DNA of 32,000 nt from Neisseria sp. CP9 (lineage in GTDB: Bacteria > Pseudomonadota > Gammaproteobacteria > Burkholderiales > Neisseriaceae), in contig NZ_CP180502.1 of the NCBI RefSeq assembly GCF_047758525.1, forward strand, positions 511,357-543,356. Direction: 5' to 3'. Both the position numbers and the translations under genes were made by a program. Shown here piece by piece: positions 9,281 to 15,869 of the stretch; the first letter of the stretch is position 1; each line of letters begins with the position of its first letter. Under the pieces are notes generated by a model. That model made no database searches and was not told where the DNA came from. It saw only the letters and a program-made list of their open reading frames with translations.

Positions 9281-9646
9281 ATGAACCTGATTCAACAATT
9301 AGAGCAAGAAGAAATTGCTCGCCTGAACAAAGACATCCCCGAATTCGCACCGGGCGACACCGTAGTCGTTTCCGTACGCGTAGTAGAGGGTTCACGCAGC
9401 CGTCTGCAAGCTTACGAAGGCGTTGTTATCGCCCGTCGTAACCGCGGCTTGAACAGCAACTTCATCGTTCGCAAAATTTCCAGCGGCGAAGGCGTTGAGC
9501 GTACTTTCCAACTCTACTCCCCTACCGTAGAAAAAATTGAAGTAAAACGCCGCGGTGACGTTCGTCGCGCCAAACTGTACTACCTGCGCGGTCTGACCGG
9601 TAAAGCGGCCCGCATTAAAGAAAAATTACCTGCCCGTAAAGGTTAA
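9281..9646 (+). CDS. rplS: 50S ribosomal protein L19
   Basis: [32 protein letters not shown] is the canonical L19 sequence. Confidence 0.97.
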   Translation: MNLIQQLEQEEIARLNKDIPEFAPGDTVVVSVRVVEGSRSRLQAYEGVVIARRNRGLNSNFIVRKISSGEGVERTFQLYSPTVEKIEVKRRGDVRRAKLYYLRGLTGKAARIKEKLPARKG

Positions 9647-9664
9647 GCAAAAGAATTGCAAAAC

Positions 9665-9695
9665 AAAATCCCCACTTTTCAGTGGGGATTTTTTT
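9665..9695 (+). terminator. Rho-independent terminator of the rpsP-rplS operon
   Basis: AAAATCCCCACT-TTTC-AGTGGGGATTTT followed by a T run. Confidence 0.85.
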
Positions 9696-9799
9696 ACATC
9701 ATCTTTCTATCATTCTGCAACAAATTCAATCACAGATAAGATTTCGGTTACCACCCTACAACCAAAACCTTAGAATAACTTCTGTAAACCGTCAGCCTC

Positions 9800-10417
9800 T
9801 TAAAGTACATAAAAATAGATGCAGATAAATTGAGCCAAGCTTCCACCAAGAACAAACAAATGCCAAATACCATGACCATGTTTAATCTTTTTATCATTCA
9901 CAAACCAATAGATACCGACGCTATACAATACACCGCCCAACGCAAGCCAAAACAGTCCGGCAGATGAAAGCGATTGAACCAATGGAAATAAAGCAACCAA
10001 AATCAACCATCCCATTACCACATAAATAATCATGGACAACAGCCGTTTTTCACTCTTTCTCCCTATCGTAAGCTCTTGAATAATCCCTAAAAATGCCAAG
10101 CCCCACGACACACCGAAAATCGACCAACCCCATTCTCCCTTAAGAGGAATCAAGGTAAACGGGGTATAGCTGCCTGCAATTAACAGATAAATCATGCAAT
10201 GATCCACTTTTTGCAAGACAGCCTTAATTTTAGGTTGAGGAATACTATGGTATAGCGTTGAGCCCAGATAAAGCAAAGACAGGCAAACGCCATAAGTGAT
10301 CGCACTGGCAAGCTGATATGAATCATCAGCCTTGATAATCATCAGCACCAATGCGGCAACAGCCAGCATGGTACCGATTAAATGAGTATACGCATTAAAG
10401 CGTTCACCATGATACAT
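9800..10417 (-). CDS. Hemolysin-III / PAQR family 7-TM protein
   Basis: ERFNAYTH, LYHS, VDHCMIY and HGHGIWHLFV motifs, with seven hydrophobic segments. Confidence 0.85.
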   Translation of the reverse strand: MYHGERFNAYTHLIGTMLAVAALVLMIIKADDSYQLASAITYGVCLSLLYLGSTLYHSIPQPKIKAVLQKVDHCMIYLLIAGSYTPFTLIPLKGEWGWSIFGVSWGLAFLGIIQELTIGRKSEKRLLSMIIYVVMGWLILVALFPLVQSLSSAGLFWLALGGVLYSVGIYWFVNDKKIKHGHGIWHLFVLGGSLAQFICIYFYVL

Positions 10418-10558
10418 AAGAATCGTTCTTAGCTTGAATAGACCGGCAAGTGTACGCCAAACACAATGTCACAAGCGCAAGAAAATGATAAAAATAAGTT
10501 AAAACCAACACCGTTATCATTCTGAAGCGCCTAATTCAACCTCACCTTACATTCAACA

Positions 10559-11149
10559 TCATCCCTCTTTTCGCAAACGTTCCAAATGTTCGCGTACCTC
10601 CTGCACCTTTTCTTCGGTAAACAAATTCTCAATATTTTTCCAAATACTATGATAACCATAAGGCCCGTGTTGCATTTCCAACCTAGCCTCTTCCACCGAC
10701 CAACCCTGATAAATAATACGGTACATTCCGGAAATCAAACCCGTACGGTCAGCACCATGATAACAATGAACCAATACAGGACCGTATTCTTGCTGCTTTT
10801 CAATTAAGAAAAGCGTTTGCGCGACATCTTTAGGCTTAATTTTCCACGTCAACAAAGGACGGTTCAGCAGCATCAAATTGCGGCCTTTTAAATGTGTTTC
10901 GTTGTCGTTCCGATCAAAAAATCGCAAATTAATCACGCTACGGATACCGAGTTGCTCAATCAGCTCCCCATCTTCCGCAACCGGCTGTTCACTGCGGTAA
11001 AGCTTATCATCAATACGGTACAAATTAGCATCTTGCTTTACCAAAGTCGCCCAACGGGCGGAAGCGGCAGAAATATCTTGAGGAGCCATAGGAGTGGAAC
11101 ACGCAGCGAGGAAACATGAGCACAAAATTACAGATAAAAAATGACGCAT
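10559..11149 (-). CDS. Exported (lipoprotein-signal) Cys-based dual-specificity/tyrosine phosphatase-like protein
   Basis: Signal peptide with the lipobox LAAC. The CX5R(S/T) active-site loop VHCYHGADRTG is present. 196 aa. Confidence 0.75.
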   Translation of the reverse strand: MRHFLSVILCSCFLAACSTPMAPQDISAASARWATLVKQDANLYRIDDKLYRSEQPVAEDGELIEQLGIRSVINLRFFDRNDNETHLKGRNLMLLNRPLLTWKIKPKDVAQTLFLIEKQQEYGPVLVHCYHGADRTGLISGMYRIIYQGWSVEEARLEMQHGPYGYHSIWKNIENLFTEEKVQEVREHLERLRKEG

Positions 11150-11185
11150 AAATTCTTCTCTAAAATAAAACGTGATTGTAATAGC

Positions 11186-11259
11186 AGGTCGTCTGAAAAC
11201 GAAGCCTGATTAAAGTGAACAACCACAACCGGCAACTTCAAGCATTTTCAGACGACCTT
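11186..11259. repeat. Inverted DUS pair with a roughly 50-nt spacer
   Basis: GTCGTCTGAA at 11188-11197 and TTCAGACGAC at 11247-11256. Confidence 0.8.
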
Positions 11260-11363
11260 TATGTCGTACAAATCAAACACAAACCACATATCGAAGAACA
11301 ATCATCGCAGTAAATGTAAAAAACAGTTTGTTTTTGTCATGATTAGACCTCTTGCGAAAATAT

Positions 11364-11921
11364 TCATCCCATCGCATTAACCAGTCCTGCAATCAGATTT
11401 ACCCTTAACCCGAACCGTTTCCGCCTGTTGCGGTAAGGCAGCGACAAGATTTTGAATATCTTCAGTTTCCTGTTGATGTGCTCGATGACGGTTCTGAGTT
11501 TGCCTAACCGCCTGTTCGCCTCTTTATCCTGTTTGTTCAGCGGATGATGTTTGGATTTCTTTTTCGGGGTCTGTAATCCGGTTTTAGCCAATCCTTGATA
11601 ACCCTTATCCGCAATGACTATTTTGTAGGGATAAAGCTCTGCAAGGTGCCTCTTGGCTAAACGCATGTCATGCTGAGCACCCATCCCCGTCCGGATGCTG
11701 ATGATTTTTTCAGTTTCTCTGCCGTATATGACCTGGATTTTAACCGTGTGCCGCTTTTTCTTGCCGCTGTAATACTGCCGCTGTTTTTTTGGGACGTTCA
11801 ATCGGGCTTTCGGTAACGTCAATGATGACCGTTTGATCGCCCAGATTCTTGTGTTTTGGCAGGGAAAAGCGTTTGCAACGGATGAGGGCGTCCTCGGTTT
11901 TACGGATGGTGCGGCAGACAT
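11364..11921 (-). CDS. IS transposase OrfB (DDE catalytic part). The meaningful reading starts at the A7 tract in the -1 frame relative to OrfA.
   Basis: YYSGKKKRHTVKIQV...IADKGYQG...NRRLGKLRTVIEHINRKLKIFKIL is typical of IS5-family DDE transposases. A -1 shift on CCC-AAA-AAA-A fuses ...ERPKK to KQRQYYSGKKK. Confidence 0.75.
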   Translation of the reverse strand: MSAAPSVKPRTPSSVANAFPCQNTRIWAIKRSSLTLPKARLNVPKKQRQYYSGKKKRHTVKIQVIYGRETEKIISIRTGMGAQHDMRLAKRHLAELYPYKIVIADKGYQGLAKTGLQTPKKKSKHHPLNKQDKEANRRLGKLRTVIEHINRKLKIFKILSLPYRNRRKRFGLRVNLIAGLVNAMG

Positions 11922-12159
11922 TACTTTCAGAAAGGCCGTAGATGGCGGCCAATTCGAGTTGGGTATGGTAATGACGCAGATAGCTCAGGGTAAGCAGCAG
12001 TTGGTCTGCCAAGCTGAGCGTATGCGGCCTGCCTGACTTGACCTTCCGGCTTTCTGCTTCTGTGGTGACTTTCAGCATTTCGTGAAAAAGGACGGGCGTT
12101 ACACCTGTGAGCCGTTTGAATTCCCTGTCGCTTCTTTGGATGAGGTTTTCGTATTTCAT
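11740..12159 (-). CDS. IS transposase OrfA (HTH part)
   Basis: HTH-like LSLADQLLLTLSYLRHYHTQLELAAIYGLSESNVCRTI. The frame runs out shortly after the A7 tract (plus-strand T7 at 11784-11790). Confidence 0.75.
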   Translation of the reverse strand: MKYENLIQRSDREFKRLTGVTPVLFHEMLKVTTEAESRKVKSGRPHTLSLADQLLLTLSYLRHYHTQLELAAIYGLSESNVCRTIRKTEDALIRCKRFSLPKHKNLGDQTVIIDVTESPIERPKKTAAVLQRQEKAAHG

Positions 12160-12273
12160 TTGGGAATTGTAAATCTTCAGGATACTTTCGCAAAAGGTCT
12201 ATTATATCTATGATAACGCTTTTATGCTGTTTGATAAAAACGCACCATTCCAACCGACAAAAAAGGGGACAAC

Positions 12274-13728
12274 ATGTCTGTAATCAACACTAAAATCAAA
12301 ACCATCATCTTAACCGCGATCAGCGCGGCAATCCTGTCTGCCTGTGGTGGCGGCGGTGGCAGCGGCGGCGCATCCACCCTTTCCACCGGCTCAACCAGCA
12401 CAAGCGGCAACGGCAGCCCTGCTAAAAACAGCAGCCCAAGCAATGCCACCCCCAGCGCTAACAACAATAATGGCAATACCGTAGCAGCAGCAACCCCTAG
12501 TCATAACCGCGCTGACAATCTCGCGGACTTGATTGATGAAGCACCGCTTGAAGCTTTAAACCTTGCCACACCGCTGCACACCAGCTTCATTTCTTCAGCC
12601 AGCGCACAACAAGACAACCCAAATGTTCAATTGCGCCAAAAAGAAACAGGAGAGAAATTCCAAACTGACAACCAAAATAAAAACCAAGGCGGTTTGATCA
12701 GCTCTTTAGATTTTAAAGCCAACGATGAAGTGAAATTGGATGGAATTGTACTATTCAATAAAAATGCGAATGGCAGTGCAACACAACCCGAATGGACAAC
12801 CACCGATTCCCTCATCGCAAAAATCAATTCTAAAGGCAACACAAAAGCCGATATCAGCGAACAAGATGGCAGCGAAAAAAATACCAAATACGAATACGGC
12901 AAATCAACTTTGGACGACCGTATTGTCGAAATCTTCAAACAATTGAAGACCGAACGGGAAAACCTTAAAAAAGCAAAAGAAGGCGGTACCGACGGTATTG
13001 ATACAAACAAAATTGCAGAAATTGAAGCCAAGATCAAAGAGCTGTCAGAACTGTATGACTTTAAACGCCAACTTCGTGCAGGTTTGACAAAATATACTCA
13101 AGATTCCATGAATCAAATTGCCTATTTCCGCACTGATGCCGATGGTTTGGTGTTTGACAAACGATTCGACGGCATCTACGTCATCCGCTTTGTTGATGGT
13201 ACGCAGATCGTTATGCACGATCCTGCCGCTGCCGGTTGGACTTACCAAACTTTCGCCCACTATATTGATCCGAAATCCGGTGTGATTTACGGCTATCAAA
13301 GCTTAGGCGATGAGACCAAGTTCACCGACCTGCCTGAAAAAGGTACGGCAACTTACAACGGATTGACTACTGCCTATGTTGTGAAAGGTGATCAAAGCCG
13401 TCAGTTGACGGCGGATGTTAAAGCCATCGTCGATTTTGGTTTTAAAGGCGTACGCTTTGAAACTGCCAATTCCCAATTCCACTCTCTCGACGCCAACGGC
13501 CGCCGCGTAAGCGAAGCCGATGCGAAGTACGACATGAAAGGTGCGGCGAAATGGGAAAACGGCAACCTCTTCCTTGGCTCGGTTGAAGCAGCCGCAGCAG
13601 GTCTGAAAGGTAATTTGAGTGGTAAATTCTACGGTGCAAAAGCTGCTGAAATCGGCGGTACTTACGGTCTGAAAAACCAAGACGGCAGCGAACACCTCAT
13701 CGGTGGTTACGGCGCGAAACGTCAATAA
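12274..13728 (+). CDS. Surface-lipoprotein candidate with a C-terminal TbpB-type 8-stranded beta-barrel domain (ligand unknown)
   Basis: Lipobox LSAC followed by a GGGGGSGG linker and a low-complexity S/N/T/P region. The C-terminus (TATYNGL...VDFGFKGV...GKFYGAKAAEIGGTYGL...IGGYGAKRQ) matches the TbpB/LbpB/fHbp-type barrel signature. Confidence 0.8.
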   Translation: MSVINTKIKTIILTAISAAILSACGGGGGSGGASTLSTGSTSTSGNGSPAKNSSPSNATPSANNNNGNTVAAATPSHNRADNLADLIDEAPLEALNLATPLHTSFISSASAQQDNPNVQLRQKETGEKFQTDNQNKNQGGLISSLDFKANDEVKLDGIVLFNKNANGSATQPEWTTTDSLIAKINSKGNTKADISEQDGSEKNTKYEYGKSTLDDRIVEIFKQLKTERENLKKAKEGGTDGIDTNKIAEIEAKIKELSELYDFKRQLRAGLTKYTQDSMNQIAYFRTDADGLVFDKRFDGIYVIRFVDGTQIVMHDPAAAGWTYQTFAHYIDPKSGVIYGYQSLGDETKFTDLPEKGTATYNGLTTAYVVKGDQSRQLTADVKAIVDFGFKGVRFETANSQFHSLDANGRRVSEADAKYDMKGAAKWENGNLFLGSVEAAAAGLKGNLSGKFYGAKAAEIGGTYGLKNQDGSEHLIGGYGAKRQ

Positions 13729-13756
13729 TCCTAATGACCGTCTCCTTTAAATAAAA

Positions 13757-13796
13757 AAGGTCGTCTGAAAGACTGTTTGCAGTTTCAGACGACCTT
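13757..13796 (+). terminator. DUS-pair terminator after the lipoprotein gene; last host-type sequence before the prophage
   Basis: AAGGTCGTCTGAAA ... TTTCAGACGACCTT (cores at 13760-13769 and 13784-13793). Confidence 0.65.
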
Positions 13797-13883
13797 ATAT
13801 ATTTCGCTTCCGTTAAGGGAGTGTAAAACACATTTAGAACCCCTTGACAAATTCGATTAACCGACATTTGAGAGGGGTCTAAA

Positions 13884-14816
13884 ATGTTTTTACAGCAACA
13901 GATTGAATTTCAGCAGCAAGCGGACGCGAAGCGTGCCGCGCTTCCTTGTCTAAATAGTAACAACTGCATTGACGCAAAAAATACCAATGTAATCAAGGAA
14001 AAGCAAAAACCCGCAAGCATAGAAAAATACCTGCCGAACACAGCAAAACCCGAATTTAACGAATTTTCCACCTCACACAAGAAATCCGCCGCAGCCTTAG
14101 AGATGAATGTAAGACAGTTCATCGAAGTTTTCGGAATTGAAAAGGTCGGATTTCTTACCCTCACATTTGCCGACGACGTACAAGATGTCAAAGAGGCAAG
14201 CCGCCGCTTTCACAGCCTGCGCACAAACTTTCTTAAAAAGCATTTCGAACACTATGTCTGCGTATACGAGCGCATGAAAAGCGGTCGTATTCACTTTCAT
14301 CTTATCGTCAACACCCGCGAAGACATCCGCCGCGGTCTGAATTTCCAACAAATTCAAGCTCGTAATTATACAAGCGCAAATAAAAATCTGCGTCAGCTTT
14401 GGCAAGTCCTCCGTGAAAACATGGAAAAGTACGGATTCGGACGATCCGAACTACTGCCCGTCAAAACCAACAGCAAAGGACTTGCCCGCTACGTCGGCAA
14501 ATATATCGCCAAACACATTGATAGCCGTCTGCCTGAAGACAAAGGCTATCGTCTGATTCGTACCACCATAGACAAAAAACAGTTGTGGAAGATTGCGAAC
14601 AGCAATTTTTCGTTTGTATCCGCAGGTTCGCGCCAGTGGCGCGAGAAGCTGCAAAAGTGGGTTATCTGCATTGAACCCCTTTTACAGGCACATGCCGAGC
14701 TTTTCTACGAAAGAAAGCCCAAAAAGATTACAGAGGACAATTACAACGCCGTCCTATCAGCCCTTTTAAGCCCGAAATGGGCGTTTTATAACCGAGAAAC
14801 CATCATCAATATGTAG
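13884..14816 (+). CDS. Rolling-circle replication initiator (HUH endonuclease, phage Rep)
   Basis: The three RCR motifs are present: FLTLTF, HUH (GRIHFHLIVNT), and the catalytic Tyr motif YVGKYIAKH. Confidence 0.85.
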   Translation: MFLQQQIEFQQQADAKRAALPCLNSNNCIDAKNTNVIKEKQKPASIEKYLPNTAKPEFNEFSTSHKKSAAALEMNVRQFIEVFGIEKVGFLTLTFADDVQDVKEASRRFHSLRTNFLKKHFEHYVCVYERMKSGRIHFHLIVNTREDIRRGLNFQQIQARNYTSANKNLRQLWQVLRENMEKYGFGRSELLPVKTNSKGLARYVGKYIAKHIDSRLPEDKGYRLIRTTIDKKQLWKIANSNFSFVSAGSRQWREKLQKWVICIEPLLQAHAELFYERKPKKITEDNYNAVLSALLSPKWAFYNRETIINM

Positions 14817-14839
14817 CGAAACCCGTAACCGTTGATTTT

Positions 14840-14934
14840 GGTTCGGGGGCGGGATGGGCGCGAAACCGCACTTGCGAAGCAAGGCGAACGGCGCAAGCCG
14901 TGTGTGAGCGCCCCTCCCGTCCCGCCCCCGAACC
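14840..14934 (+). promoter_or_regulatory. GC-rich compound hairpin in the rep-ssb intergenic region (candidate phage origin)
   Basis: GGTTCGGGGGCGGGA (14840-14854) pairs with TCCCGCCCCCGAACC (14920-14934). An inner GGGCGC/GCGCCC pairing and small stem-loops (CTTGC-GAA-GCAAG at 14871-14883; CGGC-GCAA-GCCG) lie inside. A direct repeat AACCGTTGA flanks both arms. Confidence 0.5.
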
Positions 14935-14975
14935 GTTGAATACCAGCAACCCCGACTTTAAAGAAAGGAAACATC

Positions 14976-15245
14976 ATGTCTCAAGAAACCGAACGCAAAC
15001 AAGGTATTTTCGTCATTGCCGCATTTGACCGTATGTTCACACGCGAACGCAAAAACCAAGACGGCACATTCAGCAAGACCCACTATGTCGGTCTGATTAT
15101 CCGTTCAGACACAGAAACCCGCCTTTGCGAAGTTCGCACAAAACATCCCGAAAAGTACGAGCAGTACAAACCGCAGCAAATCGTCTCCATGCAAGTGTTT
15201 CCCCGTGCATTTAAAGACAACATCTACTATTCGGACGAAGCATAA
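14976..15245 (+). CDS. Probable phage ssDNA-binding protein (g5p analogue)
   Basis: 89-aa basic/aromatic ORF directly after rep, as in inoviruses, with an AAGGAA RBS. The assignment is positional. Confidence 0.55.
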   Translation: MSQETERKQGIFVIAAFDRMFTRERKNQDGTFSKTHYVGLIIRSDTETRLCEVRTKHPEKYEQYKPQQIVSMQVFPRAFKDNIYYSDEA

Positions 15246-15336
15246 ACCAGTTTCAGGGGTTCGGCGGTGTCCCCTGAATTGACCCCGAAACACCGCCACA
15301 ACTACTTTTTATCAACATTTCGTAAAGGAAAACAAA

Positions 15337-15558
15337 ATGAAACTGAAACAAAAACTGCAATACGCCGTAGCCGGTGCATCCGTTGCCATCATGTCTTTGC
15401 CTGCAATGGCAGAAGACAGCGCGTTGATTACAGCCGCCAAAGCTGAATTGTCAGGTGCGAAAGAGGGTGTTTCGTCTATTGGCGCGGTTGTAATCGGTGT
15501 TGCTGCTGCAATGGTCGTTGTTGGTCTGATTATCAAAGCAGTACGCAAAGGCGGTTAA
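15337..15558 (+). CDS. Major coat protein (g8p-like)
   Basis: 73 aa. It has a signal peptide ending PAMA, an acidic mature N-terminus (EDSA...), a hydrophobic helix (IGAVVIGVAAAMVVVGLII) and a basic C-terminus (KAVRKGG), the textbook inovirus coat layout. Confidence 0.85.
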   Translation: MKLKQKLQYAVAGASVAIMSLPAMAEDSALITAAKAELSGAKEGVSSIGAVVIGVAAAMVVVGLIIKAVRKGG

Positions 15559-15869
15559 TGGCAATGGGTTATCAAGTCGGCCGTGTCTGCCATTTCACAC
15601 ACGAAGCGGCGACAAACGAAGTGATGACCCGTGTAGTGCCGACAATAGACAAAGACGGGGTGCTGCATCACCCCGTTTTTAACGGCTCTACATGGCAGTA
15701 TAACGAACAGCAAGTCAAACTGACCTTTCCCGATTGCGACCCGATGGAATATCAGAAGCTGGGCAAAGAGATAGGTATGATGTGCGTTTCAATCGTCGCC
15801 ACGGTATTTGTCGTCAACCTAATCTACAAATTCATATTATCCACGAGAGAAAAGAGTAATGAAGAATGA
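15558..15869 (+). CDS. Phage hypothetical protein with a C-terminal TM anchor (minor virion/morphogenesis candidate)
   Basis: The start overlaps the coat stop (TAATG). A C-terminal hydrophobic segment is MMCVSIVATVFVVNLIYKFIL. Confidence 0.55.
   Translation: MAMGYQVGRVCHFTHEAATNEVMTRVVPTIDKDGVLHHPVFNGSTWQYNEQQVKLTFPDCDPMEYQKLGKEIGMMCVSIVATVFVVNLIYKFILSTREKSNEE

Larger units (their letters stand above)
11344..12201 (-). mobile_element. IS5-family insertion sequence (IS427 group, IS1301-like), about 854 bp plus a possible TA duplication
   Basis: The terminal inverted repeats are TAGACCTCTTGCGAAAATAT (11344-11363) and ATACTTTCGCAAAAGGTCTA (12182-12201), matching at 18 of 20 positions. Each end begins with TA, compatible with a TA target duplication. 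Two overlapping transposase ORFs are joined at an A7 run. Confidence 0.8.

Noticed and set aside
12222-12476. 84-aa minus-strand ORF (PLLLLALGVALLGLLFLAGLPLPLV...) antisense to the lipoprotein signal/linker region. Also the minus-strand ORFs at 12627-13037, 13045-13299 and 13303-13725.
   Set aside because: They are an artefact of the GGC/GCC-rich linker and of the antisense strand of a well-supported lipoprotein gene.
13797-13883. dRS3-type (ATTCCC-N8-GGGAAT) attachment repeats at the prophage junctions, and a sigma70 promoter at TTGACA (13844-13849) for rep.
   Set aside because: No ATTCCC/GGGAAT pair is present at either junction. Isolated ATTCCC or GGGAAT hexamers occur only at 816 and 25444, far away. 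No acceptable -10 hexamer lies 16-18 nt downstream of the TTGACA.
14786-14977. 63-aa minus-strand ORF spanning the rep-ssb intergenic hairpin. I also considered minus-strand ORFs inside rep (13910-14191, 14097-14405, 14451-14654) and at 15105-15299 and 15312-15548 as possible phage repressor genes.
   Set aside because: There is no RBS and no HTH-like motif. The composition is driven by the GC-rich palindrome or by the antisense strand of real genes. I therefore report that no repressor candidate is visible rather than naming one.
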